A DNA stretch of 64,000 bases. Origin: Pseudovirgaria hyperparasitica (taxonomy: Eukaryota). The position numbers were made by a program, and so were the translations under genes. The stretch lies in assembly GCA_010093815.1 (NCBI GenBank), contig ML996571.1. One strand, given 5' to 3'. The notes beneath the pieces were generated by a model. It worked only from the letters and a program-made list of their open reading frames with translations, did not search any database and was not told the DNA's origin. Positions 28,265-40,279 of the stretch are shown here, piece by piece (the stretch's first letter is position 1; each line of letters begins with the position of its first letter).

Positions 28265-29378
28265 ATGGATTGGGGGAGAAGGGCAGGCAGAGTTGACGGG
28301 CAGAACAGCTACTGTAGAGACGGCCAACAGCCAGGACAGCTAATTACTCAGAGACGGCCAGCAACTCTCTCAGCCTGCCTACCTGCCTACTACCTACCTA
28401 CTACCTACCTACACCCACGCCTACATACACTACATTTCACACACACACTCAGCTCTCTCACTCACCCACAGCACCCTCCCTAATTACCTTATACTACACT
28501 GCACACTACACTGCACACTGCACCCACACACTGCATCCACCCACTCCCGCGCTCGGTCTCGCCCAGCGTCGGTGCCAGCCCAGCAGCCCCCGTCCACGAG
28601 GCGGGGGCGCGTCATCTTGCATCTCTCCCCTTTCGCTTCTACTTTTAGCCCTCCTACGTACGGTACAGTACTATACTATACCGTGCTGCAGCCGGCATTT
28701 CCACTTGTAGAATTAATTACCCTGTTGTTGTTCTTGTTCTTGTTCTTGTCGTTGTTGTCGCTTTTCCAATTTCATTGCCTGGCTTATGTGAGAGTATGTG
28801 AGAGTGACTGCGCCGCGCCAAACTGCCACCACCTACGCCGTAATGCTCATCCTTCTTCCTACAGGCACACTACCTAGCTTCACTATCTATCCTGCTACCT
28901 ACTACGCCGCCGCCGCCGCCGCCGCCGCCCGCCTCAGCACGAGCACACTCACACTCACACTCATGTACGCACTCACGCACCCTCACGCACGCACAGGTCA
29001 CCATCTCATCGTCGATGAAATGGCACAAGCGAGAGAGAGCGACAACAACAACAACAACAACAGCCGTGTTTCAGCCTTATATGCGCTCATCGCCCGCCCG
29101 CCACCCTCCCCCCACTAATAATCCATGGATACGTGCAATGCGCGCGCCCTATGGCATCATCCTGCTCCATATACCTACCTACCTACCTAGTAATTACTGC
29201 ACGAAAAAAGAGAGCACCGGCATCACCTGATTAGAACTAGTAAACTGCCCATTGTAATTATAACCCCGGCTTGCATTGCATTGCATTGTATCGCATTGTA
29301 TCGCATTCTATCATATTACACTCAACTTCGATCGGTTGATCGTCTTTTGTTCATCATCTTCATCATAATCATCAATTA

Positions 29379-31402
29379 TTACCGCGCTTTCGACTGTGCC
29401 GCCTCGTCGTCGTCGTCGGCGGCGTCTTGCGCACGGAGTTGCGCCAAGAGCTCGGGGTACTGTGTCCTTTCAATTAGCCCACGTCTTTCTTTCTGTCTGT
29501 CTCGTCTCGAGTTCGTTTTCGGGCGGCATTAGTGACGGTGATTGTGGCATGCATGCATCGGCTTCGGCATCGGGCTTCGGTATCGGTATCGGCGTTTGAC
29601 TATCGATGCCGTCCGTCCGTCGTCGGTCCCGTCATGGCCAGCAATCAATCAATCAATCAATGCAATCAATGCAACACACTCAACAGACACATACACACAC
29701 AAAACGAAACAAAACGCACTCACCCATCTCTCCCCCACATCCGGATGACTCCTAATCCGATTCATAAACGTCGCCTCACCCATACTCCCCCACCGCCCCT
29801 TCTTCCCAAACGCCCCCTCCTCCTTCACCACCTCCTTCCTCTCCCTCTCCCTCCTCCCCTTCCATCCCTTCTCCGCCTCCGCCCGCACACCCTCCGGCAC
29901 ATCCACACTCCCCCCCTCCTCCTCCCCCTCCCCATCAATCCGCGCATCCCAACTCACCCCCTGGAAAAACGGCACACTGTACCGCGGGCCCTCGCCAACC
30001 CCGGGACTCAACACCCGATGCATCGCCCCCGCGCACACACCCCCCGTCAACGCCTCCATGCCCCGCCCGATAACAACCACCAGCGTGCCCGGGATAGGCG
30101 GCACATCAACCCACTCCCCGCTCGCGTCCTGCGCTTGTAGGCCCGGCTGCGGCGACGCTTGCAGGAGATAGGAAGTTAGCATCGAGTCCTTGTGCGGACC
30201 TACGCCCTGTCGTAGCCTCGCTGCGTCTGCACTCTCGTCCTCTGCGTCCGTGGCTGAAGGCAGGGCAACCTCGGGATACTTGACAATCTTGAGCTTGTGC
30301 TGCTGGTCTGCGTCGAAGAAGCGGGCGAAGGTGTCGGCGGGCATGCCGAGTGCTTCGGCGATGAGGGCCGTGAATGTCGTGCTGAGCGCTGCCATGCGGG
30401 CGATGTAGTCTTCGAGGACGGGGCGGAAGGTTGGTAGGGCGGTTGGGGAGGGCCATTGGTTTGGCGCGCGGAGGTTGTGGTAGAGGGGTGCGGTGGGGGC
30501 TGGGAGAGGGTGGGGCGTGGAGAGGTCGAGTTGTTCGCGGTGGTCGGGGTGGTGGGCTGTTGTTTCGTTGTCTATCTGGGGGATGTTGTTAGTTTGTGTT
30601 TTTGTTGTTTTGCTAGGCTATATATCTGTGGTGTTCCGGTGTGAGGTAATGCGGTTGTGCATTTCCGGTGTTGTTTGGCCGGGGGTTCCGGTGTGGTGGC
30701 GTTCCGCGGGTTCGGCTGGATGGATGGATGGGGTCCGGGTGGCTTGCTCCGGCGTGTGTTTTGATAACTGACTGACTGACTGCATCGTACCTGCCCTGCC
30801 TTGCCCTGCCGAATAAACAAGGACACAGCATTGCATTGCATTGCAGAGCATGGCAAGCACATAACGCCGTACAGCTCAGCACAGTCCCGTCCACGTTGTC
30901 CTGCATCTCTGTCCTTGTGTCCGCGCTCACCTCCATCCGTCCATCCCACATCCATCCCCACGTGCTCTCTCTCACCCCTCAAATTCCCTCACACCTCAAG
31001 AAAAAACCCCACAACCCACCCACCCAAACCCCAAACCCCAACTTTCGCACGCACAGCTCCAAAAATAGAAAAACCCCAGTAACCCAAAAAACTCACGAAA
31101 ATCAACGAAATACGAAAAAAAGCGAAAAAACTCACCCGACTCCACCCCAGAAAACTGCCACACCGCTTCATCTCCACCGCCTCCTTGACCGCCGTGTCGG
31201 CATCGAAGAAGGCATGCGTTTCGCGGATTACATCGTTGATCAGTGTGTCCGGCACGAGCGCGGATGTTTCGGAGAGGTAGAAGACGCCGCCTGTCGTGAG
31301 GAGGGCGTGGCGGAGCTTGGCGAGGAAGGCTTGTTTGTGGGCGGGTGGGGAAGGGGGGAGGGCGTGGGAGAGGGGGAGGATGGGGATGGGCAGGGAGGGC
31401 AT
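29379..31402 (-). CDS. 2-oxoglutarate/Fe(II)-dependent dioxygenase (isopenicillin N synthase-like family)
   Basis: Exons 31402-31136, 30575-29724 and 29459-29379. Motifs: REQLDL, NQWP, KLKIVKYP, GVGPHKDS (HxD), GAMHRV (distal His), RYSV (RxS), RSHPDVGERW|YPELL. Confidence 0.9.
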
Positions 31403-31632
31403 CGTGTGGTGCTGTGATTGTGTTTGTGTGTTTGTGTTGTGGTGCTGTGTTTTGTGCTGTGGACGATGAGGGTGGATGGATGCGATGGATGTGCGACACC
31501 GAGCGTCTCAGACTGCACTCACTTGTTGATTGCAGTGGGAGAGGAGTGGAGTGGAGAGGAGGGTGATGATGGGAGTAGATCGGAGATGTGTCCGGGCCGG
31601 TGATGACGCAATGCGGGGAGAGCGATGGAAGG

Positions 31633-31692
31633 TGCGATGCGATGCGATGCGTTGCGATGCGATGCGTTGCGATGCGATGCGTTGCGATGCGA
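31633..31692. repeat. (GCGAT/GCGTT)n pentanucleotide repeat in the dioxygenase upstream region
   Basis: Read directly from the sequence. Confidence 0.9.
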
Positions 31693-32522
31693 TTGTTCTC
31701 GTTGTTGCTATTGTTGATTGTGAGTGTGTAATAGACGTACAAACGATCAAGAGTGTAGAAGTTGCGCGACTAGACGGCGGCCAGCTGGTCCGGGCGATGG
31801 ATGGAGTATTCGAGAAACTCGAGTAATTAGTTCCTGTCTGTCTGTCTGTCTGTATGACGACGATAACAGCACAAATGGCGACAGCGATAATTAGCTACTG
31901 CTACTACTACTACCTACTGCCACAGTAACACTGCCACTAACCCTAACCCCGACTGCAACTGCAACAGTTCCCGGAGCGCATAAAGATGGGAATTGGAACG
32001 CGATGAGTGGATGGCTGCTGGCAGTCTATGCGCGATAGCAAGGGGGCCCGTGCGTGAGGTCCCCGTCCACTGGCGCGACTGGTTACAACTTACTGGTATG
32101 GGATGGCGTCACTTGTGTCATGCGGCTGCCCTCGTGATCTGGTCCTGATACATACCAGACCATACCATGCCATACCATACCACGTGAGCGTCTTTGTGGG
32201 ATTGTGGGCTGTAGTGGGCTGGTGGGTTTGCACCTTTTTGTTTCGGCCCTATTGATCCTGTGCCCGGTCATGATAAGGCGGGCTGTCTGGGGATGTTTTG
32301 ACTAAGGCTTTGGCATAACGTGTAGATAGATGGCGAGCGAGATACTGGGTGATGATGAGGAGGAGGAGGAGGAGGAGGAGGCGGAGGAGATGGTGATGGT
32401 GATGGTGATGGAGATGGTGTTTGCATACAGGATGTCTATACTCTATTGCGCCATGTTATGATATGCTACATACTTTACCATATGCTAGATTATGTACTAC
32501 TATATACTATACTACACTTCAC

Positions 32523-32785
32523 ATGAACTACTATACATTAATCACACTATACATGGCCTACACGAAACATGAACTACAATATACATGACCTACACGAAAC
32601 ATGGCCACACTATACATGGCCACACTATACATGGCCACACTATACATGCCTACACTGTCCATGGCTACACTATACATGCCTACACTATCCATGGCTACAC
32701 TATACATGGCTACACTATCCATGGCTACACTATCCATGGCTACACTATCCATGGCTACACTATCCATGGCCTACACTATCCATGA
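32523..32785. repeat. 15-bp minisatellite (ATGGCTACACTATCC/ATGGCCACACTATAC), 12 good copies plus degenerate 5' copies
   Basis: Twelve units counted from 32601 to ~32781. The repeat is the source of the spurious (MATLS)n, (WLHYP)n and (HGYTI)n ORFs. Confidence 0.95.
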
Positions 32786-33873
32786 CCCGCCACGCCATCT
32801 TGTCATCGCCGCCCAGCATGCGTATCGCGTTGGCCTGCCCCGTCGTTTCAGCTTGCCGGCACCTGACAGCCAGCCAGCCTTACCACAACGTCCGTCCGCA
32901 CGTTTCAGCCCTCTTAAAACGTGGGATCGACAGCTTCAATTGCGGTTTCGTGGGGATCGATGTCACCGTGCGGCGTGCGTGCTTGAGGCTTGTTTTTCTC
33001 CTATCAACGTACCATCATCCAAGCCCGCTCTAGACCCAGCCTTCCCTCATACCCAACACACGTCTGGGAGATAAGCGCGTCCCATGGTGAGGGTGAAACC
33101 ATAGAGGTGCCATCTCCGCATTCCCTAAACCAGAAAAGCTTGTTCTCGACCCCCTGCACCCTCTATAGCCCTGGAGACCCCAGAGATAAATACTAGTGCT
33201 GTGGGTGATCAGATGCCAGATTGCCGCTTCGGGCCTAGGCCGCCGTTGTGGTGCTGCAATGGTGCGGCATTTCCGTCCAGTAAACGACGCCTGTGTCGTC
33301 TATAATAGTCAGTCCAGCATCGTTGGCAAGCTGCTTTCGGCCCTATTTTCGCACTCCCAGCATATACCTAATTATATCTTATCTCGACCTCTCCACCGGT
33401 GCAGTCATCTCGCCAGACGTCGATTGGCATGCCGGCCGCAAGGTCATCCCCGTCGCGACCAAAGCTTGGTCAAGATTCCGAAATTTGATTGCGCTTGGGG
33501 GGTACCCAGGCAGGGGGTTGGTTGCACGTCGTCGCGTGTGTGTGTCGATTCCCTCAAGAGATAAGGCTTGCCAAAAGTATACATACAATAGTGGGCGTCG
33601 TTCGCGATGCCGTCCATTCGTTTGGAATCACTTCGTTTCTTGGTTTTCCTGTGCTAGTACAGCTCTCTCGAATTGGCGCGTTTTGTGTCTTGTCCGATTC
33701 TATTCTTTTTCTGTTTTGCTTTGTTGCTGCTGCTGGCATACGACGACCGCGTAACGAACACATACCGCTTCCTCCCACGCAATTTCGCTATACCAGTAAT
33801 CCACGACATTCGACATTCGACATCCACACCTGCATCCGTCCATCTATCATCAATACCGACACTGACACTACCA

Positions 33874-34227
33874 ACATCTACATCAACGAATCTCACGTCT
33901 ACATCTATCTACATCTACATCTACATCTACATCTACATCTACATCTACATCTACATCTACATCTACATCCACATCTACATCTACATCTACATCTACATCC
34001 ACATCTACATCAACGAATCTACATCCACATCTACATCTACATCTACATCAACGAATCTACATCAACGAATCTACATCCACATCTACATCCACATCTACAT
34101 CAACGAATCTACATCCACATCTACATCCACATCTACATCTACATCTACATCTACATCCACATCTACATCTACATCCACATCTACATCCATATCCACATAT
34201 CCATCCACATCCACATCTACATCTACA
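33874..34227. repeat. (ACATCT/ACATCC)n hexanucleotide tract with recurrent CAACGAATCT interruptions
   Basis: Read directly from the sequence; about 350 bp, ending ~65 nt before the ATG at 34294. Confidence 0.95.
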
Positions 34228-34293
34228 ACAACATCACAATCAATACCGGAAACCTCCCTACATACCTCCTCCACGCCACACACCCAAATCACC

Positions 34294-34650
34294 ATGCGGC
34301 CAACAACCCTCATCGCCCTGCTCAGCGCCCTCTCCACCCCCACCCTCGCCGCAAGCGTCTTCGCCATCTTCCGCGACGAGCAAAAAAACATAGTCTCAAA
34401 AACCCACTTTGAAGTCTCCAACCCCGGCTGCTTCACCGTCCACGACGCCAAAAAGGTCGAATTCACCCAGGCCGGCGGCGGCCTATCTTTCTGTGGCCCG
34501 TACTGCCTGTACTCGTACGAGGACAGCGAGGACGCCAAGTGCGAAAAAGAACTTCATCACCAGGAGTTTAGCGGCTCGCAACGGCATGCGATCTATGATC
34601 TGACCGAGCATACGAGAAATTATCGCTGGGCGCTCGGGCGCTGTCAGTAG
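34294..34650 (+). CDS. Small secreted protein (118 aa, signal peptide, 5 Cys); effector candidate
   Basis: ACCATG context. [19 protein letters not shown] is a typical signal peptide. The mature part has non-repetitive, protein-like composition with C/G-ending codons and ends in GRCQ*. Intronless. Confidence 0.75.
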   Translation: MRPTTLIALLSALSTPTLAASVFAIFRDEQKNIVSKTHFEVSNPGCFTVHDAKKVEFTQAGGGLSFCGPYCLYSYEDSEDAKCEKELHHQEFSGSQRHAIYDLTEHTRNYRWALGRCQ

Positions 34651-35596
34651 GGCTGGTCTGGTTCTGGTTCTGGTCTGGCGCTTGGGGGAGAGAGGCCCCG
34701 ATTGGAGGCCTAGAGGATGAATGAATATCTTTGGGGGGGGGGAGAAACAAAGCATGGCTCTTTCCCCTTTTGTTCATCTTTTTCTTGCATATCATGTCCG
34801 GTCTGGCTCCGGCTTGTCCTGGTTGATCATAATCCGTTCCCTGTACTTAGTTGACTTTTTTTTTTCTTTTTTTTTGAGCATGAATGCGTTGCATCGTTCT
34901 TGTGTTGTCGGGGCTACTAGCTGGCTATTTCCCACCGATGATCGGGGAAAGAACGCTGGAGTTTCCGTGTGGCTTTTGGCTTTGGCTTGGGAGGAATATA
35001 TATATGTGTATATATGTACATAGGTATATACTCTATTCGAGATAATCAGTACTATCTGTGGATATCCCTTGCAGTACACACGCATTATGCAGGCTACATT
35101 TCCAGTCCGCTTCACAGTCACACTCGTCGATATACTGAGAAAAAGGAGTCGCCGTTGAGTTCCCCAGGCAGCCGTTACCTGTCACCTGTCGTCTGCCATC
35201 TGTCACCTACCACCCACCTATCCGTAATCTCCATTCCCCGCGTGATGCTTGGCGAATAGCTACTTCCCACGCGCCATGCTCCGAAACGCATCCATCCTGC
35301 TGCCCTACATACCTATCCTTAGCCTCAGCCCCCCACCCCCTCCCAGGCACGCCTGAAACAACACTACCCCATGTGACCACACCACCAACTCCTCCTCCTC
35401 CTCCTCAAAAGCACAGCCCGGCTGGCAAAAACCCCATCCGAGCTGCTCTCCGATGCACGCACATTCACAACCACAGCCACAGCCACAGCCACGGGCCCTT
35501 CTTCCTTCGTTCCTTTCTTTCTTCCCCCGCACTACAAGTTTCAAATCAGCCAAGCCGACTAATCCAGCCAAGCCAAACAACTAGTTTACTAAACTA

Positions 35597-35726
35597 TCCA
35601 TCTATCCATCCATCTATCCATCCATCTATCCATCCATCTATCCATCCATCTATCCATCCATCTATCCATCCATCTATCCATCCATCTATCTATCCATCTA
35701 TCCATCCATCCATCCATCTATCTATC
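35597..35726. repeat. 12-bp (CCATCTATCCAT)n compound tetranucleotide repeat
   Basis: Read directly from the sequence. Confidence 0.95.
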
Positions 35727-36551
35727 CACAACCTCCACCTCCCCCGCTCCCTCCCCGCTCCTCCCCCGCACCCCCTTTGCCTTCCCCGGATCCGAGCGCG
35801 GGAGGGGTAGACTTGGCGGCTCTGTTTGTTGTGGATATATGTATAGATACATGGATATATATGAATGTGTGCGTGTGTGGATACGTGTGCTCGGCTCGGG
35901 GAGGCGGTAGACGTGACATGACATGGAATGGGATGGGATAGGATGGTATTATCGAAGATGCTACGTCACTGAGAGGAAGGGCTAGGCTTGGCTTGGCTTG
36001 GCTTGCTTGGCTTGGTCCAGACTTCGGGCACATAATTACAATCCGAATCCATGCAAGCTCAATCTGCTCTCCAGATATTTTAATCTAATTGGTTAGATTG
36101 CTTGTGTTAGATTGAATGAAGCCGGGTATATTCCTAGATATAGCCTAGAGCCTTATCTTGGCTATATTCAGGTATCAGGTATCATGGAAGCCTTAGGCAG
36201 GAATATTAAGGCTCTTAGACAGCTATATCATAGCCTTGGGTGTATCTATATATATATATACACCCACTTTATTCATTTCAACACAAGCAATCTCAATCCC
36301 TTGGCGCAGATTCCGAAGCTCAATCCGTACTTTGAGGGTGACTGATCATGCAATCCCCTAATTGTATCCGATTGTATGTGCCGAAGTCTGGGCTTGGTTG
36401 GGCTGGGCTTGGCTTGTATCATCTAGGGCTGACGGCTTGTGTCGTGTGTCATTCGGGGGATGGTGATAGGGTTGTGCTTGCCTTGGAGGAGGGTGTGGGG
36501 ATGGTGTGGGTGTTGATGAATCGGGTAGGTGGGTAGGCAGGTAAGTAAGTA

Positions 36552-36625
36552 GGATTGTGGATTGTGGATTGTGGAGTGTGGAGTGTGGATTGTGGAGTGT
36601 GGATTGTGGAGTGTGGATTGTGGAG
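36552..36625. repeat. 7-bp (GGATTGT/GGAGTGT)n repeat
   Basis: Read directly from the sequence. Confidence 0.9.
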
Positions 36626-37622
36626 CTCTTGGCAGGGTGTGTGTATGATGTGTGTGTGTGTGTGATGTGGGCCTGGAGGATTGCGGAGAGGTCGCGTGAT
36701 GGGCGGAATGTTGCCAGGCTAGATACTGATAGATACCTGCCGCCCCTTTCTTTCTTTCTTCCTAAAAGGTGGATCAGTATTGGCCTGTCACCTACCTGTA
36801 CGAGTCCTTGTATAAATATATCTGTGAGATTGCTCGTGCAGGCTGGGCGGACTGTGCTACTAGGTATGATAAGTAGATAGGGGGTTTGGGCGATGACTGT
36901 GTGCATGTGTGTATCTTGGCTTTGTTGTGAGCTGTTTCGTGTGTGTATCCTTGCGGATTGTTTGTTACAGTAGTCTCTCTAATTGGGATTGTTAGCTTGT
37001 GTGTGGCCATTGGCAAGACGTTTGATTTATTGTCAGGTGTCTTGATAGTCGGTGGTAGTGGAGTGAGGTTTGTGATACAGTCTACGTCTATCCCTTGGTT
37101 CCCTGAAACATGCGAAGATTGATGAGGTCAGGATATTGGGCGTGCAGCTCTAAGCCATGGTATGGGGTAGTTGATGTTCGTATGGAATCGACACGTTGGT
37201 AGTCCTGTTTTATAAGCCACTGGGTCAACCACTGGTGCTGGGGGGGGGGGGGGGGGGCATGTCAGTGCTAAACTCTGCCTGTGAGGGTCTAATAGAACAG
37301 TCAGGGATGCAGTAAATGCTACGAGGTGCTGGTCAGAGGCTTCGTAGCGAATAGAAAATCTGATGAGATACTCTCTCGCTTAGACTGCTGATGATGGAGG
37401 TCGTCATGATTCAAATGACAGGACCATGGGGTGTGGAATACATCAGCCGCCCTGCACAGGACAGCTCGCCAGCTGCACCCCGGAGACAGAATCGCTGCCC
37501 ATCATAGACACTCGGCTACGCCATGGAATCGATTGTAATGATACGGCTTGAGTCGCCGATGGAATTCTATTCGCATACTCAATTTGCTTGACTGTCGGTG
37601 TGGAACAAGCCGTCCTGGCTGA

Positions 37623-38147
37623 CTACGCCTCGTAGCTGGACATGCCAGGCTGATAGAACATAGCACCACTCGGACCATCAAGAAGAGGAAACTCGCCCAC
37701 GAAGAGTCTCGATCTTTGACTCTCGTCTGCTGTACAATATTGGTGAGTTGACAGTACTGTGGTTCGCATATACCAAGTATGATCTGCGAGGTCGGAGAAA
37801 CTTTTACTGGGCCATTGATATCCCATTCTGTCACACCTGTGCCCCATACCGAGGAACACTTCAAATACAACGCCCCGCCCCCGTAAACATCGTCGATCTC
37901 AGAGGCATTGGGTATCGCAGGCGTGCTAGGAGAAGAGCATCCAAGTTGTGGCAAGAATGTGGAAGCCCGCTCCCGGAGCTCGAATAGGGCAAGCAAGGTG
38001 TTTCAATACTCCCAGGATTGACTGATCGCCTCCGGAACTTGAATAGAGGACGGCTCGGGGGAGTCTTCCTAATCCATTTCCGAGGTCAAGTAGAGCGGTC
38101 ACTGGAACAGCACCCATCAATGAGCGAGGGTTTTTGAGTACGTTCAT
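37623..38147 (-). pseudogene. Possible degenerate gene fragment of unknown family
   Basis: ORFs 38147-37926 and 37859-37623 share one frame, separated by two in-frame stops (TAG, TGA). The read-through looks protein-like (GDQSILGVLKHLACPI..GFHILATTW...GRGVVFEVFLGMGHRCDRMGYQWPS). No family was recognised. Confidence 0.3.
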
Positions 38148-38689
38148 GATCGAAAAAGAAGGGGTAGACGCAGAGTGGACGAGCTAGGTTTGTACGAGAG
38201 AGTACTCGAGCCTTGCTCTGAATTGTTACACAAGATATAGTGTTGAGGTTCAACAAACGGGTGTAATTAGTTGCCTGTCATTTCTGCCTAAGGCTGACAA
38301 CACTCGAAGGCCTAGTACTCGCCCAACGGTATGCCAGCCGGTCCCTAGGTGAAGACCATGAATTTGAATCAATTGACAAGGAGTTTCGAGCAGACGAAGC
38401 TGACTTGCTTCTAGCTTACTTAGTCTCCAATCTTTGGGTCCGGGAAACTCAGAAGGGCACCACCGAAAGAGGGGTAGCACGCCTTACCCTCAGCTGTATA
38501 AAGCCAGGGACCAGTCCATCCATTCGAAGGATCGTTTTTCAAAACTCGACTTGACGAGCAGTAACTACATATAATGCGTTGAAATAGCACAAATCTGCCA
38601 GGTACATTGTGACTGCGTCGACGATACCACGCCACAACACCCACCAGAATCCGACAGAAGATTGCGAAAGCACCTACATTAAAGACAAC

Positions 38690-40279
38690 ATGTCAACCCG
38701 CAAACCAATAACCGCCTCCCAAATCACCGCCCTAAACGAACTCCTCGAAAAACTGCCCACTCCCCACAACCTTATCACCCCTTCCTCCCCAGACTACAGA
38801 AAAACTATCCAACGCTGGTCCTCCGCCGCCGAAAAGCCCGCCGGGGCCTCTCTGATCCCCGAATCTGTCGCCGCAATCTCAACTGCCGTCGCGTACGCCA
38901 CCTCCGAAGGCCTCGACCTCGCCGTGCGCGGCGGCGGTCACTCCACCGCAGGTGCAAGCAGCACAGATGGCGGGCTCCTGATCGACCTGGGCAGCTCGAA
39001 GAAGTTCACAGAGGTCGACGTGGACACGGCGACGCAGCGGCTGGCCGTCGGCGGAGGGGCGGTCTGGGGTCAAGTCGACCAGGCCGGCTTCAAGGCGGGG
39101 CTTGCGACCGTGGGCGGGACAGTTGCGGACACCGGGGTGGGCGGGCTGACCCTGGGAGGCGGGTATGGGTGGTTGTCGGGCAAACTGGGGCTGACGATTG
39201 ATCAGCTGGTATCTGTGACGCTTGTGTTGGCGTCCGGGGCGGTTGTGGTGGCGAGCAAGGAGGAGAATCCGGATTTGTTCTGGGGTCTCAGGGGCGCAGG
39301 GCAGAATTTTGGTGTCGCGGTCATGTTTGTGCTGCAGGGTCATCCGTTTGGGAGTGGGCCGGTTGAGAAGAGGATTGGTGGTGCGGACGGTGGGCAGGCG
39401 TATGTTGGGATGTTGATGTGGCCGCCGCAGAAGTTGGCAGAGGTGATTGCGGCCTGCAACAAGATATATCGCCGCGACAATAGTCTGGATGCTAACGGGG
39501 CAGGGAGTATAGCGTTCGCACGACCGCCTCCGGCCAGGGGCCAGCTGCTCGTCATAAAGCAGATCATCTGGCTAGGCGACAAAGCATCGGGCGATGAAGC
39601 GTATAAGGATCTTCTTGATCTCGACCCGGTCATGAACACAATGGCAATGGTGGATTATCCCACCATGAACAGCTTCATGGGCATCCCGTATGGCCTGAGA
39701 GTGAGCATGAAGGGGGCGGCTTTCAACTTGCCAATATCCGTCACCTTCGCCCAGCAAGTGCTTGACCAGTACGCCAAGTTCACAGAAGAAGTGAATGATG
39801 CGGCAGGCAGTATGCTGTTGTTTGAGCTTTATGATCCGAGTAAAGTTGTGGCGAGTGCCAGCAATACAGACATGGCTTTCGGAAACCGCGGATATCACTT
39901 CAATGCCATGGTCGGGCCCATGTGGACGCAAGCAGAGAATGATGACCGATGCCGACAATGGGCTCGTGACATGGCGGCCCTGTTCAAAGAGCAGCTAAAG
40001 AAGGACGGCGAGGTTGTGTCCAAGGGGAACGAATATCCAACCAAGAAGTCAGATGTTGGTGCGGTCATGATGTACGGGAACTATGATCGTAAGTCTTCGC
40101 CCCCGTGTCAGAAGAGATGTCCTGTAGTTTGCTAATATTCGGCTCTTGCAGAATACGACGAAAACTCCAACGATGTGTTCGGTGCCAATTACGATCGATT
40201 GCAGAGGCTGAAGGCACAGTATGACCCGACAAATACCTTCTACAAACTGTTTGGCATTAAGCCTTTGGCGCTACCATAG
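38690..40279 (+). CDS. FAD-linked oxidoreductase (VAO/berberine-bridge-enzyme family, 6-hydroxy-D-nicotine oxidase-like)
   Basis: Motifs: AVRGGGHS (covalent-FAD His), TGVGGLTLGGGYGWL, NPDLFWGLRGAGQNFGV. Intron 40089-40151 leads to the BBE tail FGANYDRLQRLKAQYDPTNTF. Confidence 0.93.

Noticed and set aside
31935..31950. Telomere-like CTAACCCTAACCC
   Set aside because: Only about two units, which is expected by chance in this repeat-rich region.
32558..33074. Repeat-protein ORFs (MATLY)n, (WPHYT)n, (MDSVA)n and a CRISPR-like appearance
   Set aside because: It is a contiguous 15-bp tandem repeat with no unique spacers in eukaryotic DNA; frames are open only because the unit lacks stops.
33489..34412. 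Long His/Ile/Tyr-rich or Ser/Thr-rich ORFs over the hexamer tract
   Set aside because: They arise from (ACATCT)n with near-cognate starts; only the part from ATG 34294 looks like a real protein.
29379..40279. Possible secondary-metabolite cluster (2OG dioxygenase, FAD oxidase, bZIP)
   Set aside because: No backbone enzyme (PKS, NRPS, terpene synthase) or transporter is present, and the genes are several kb apart.
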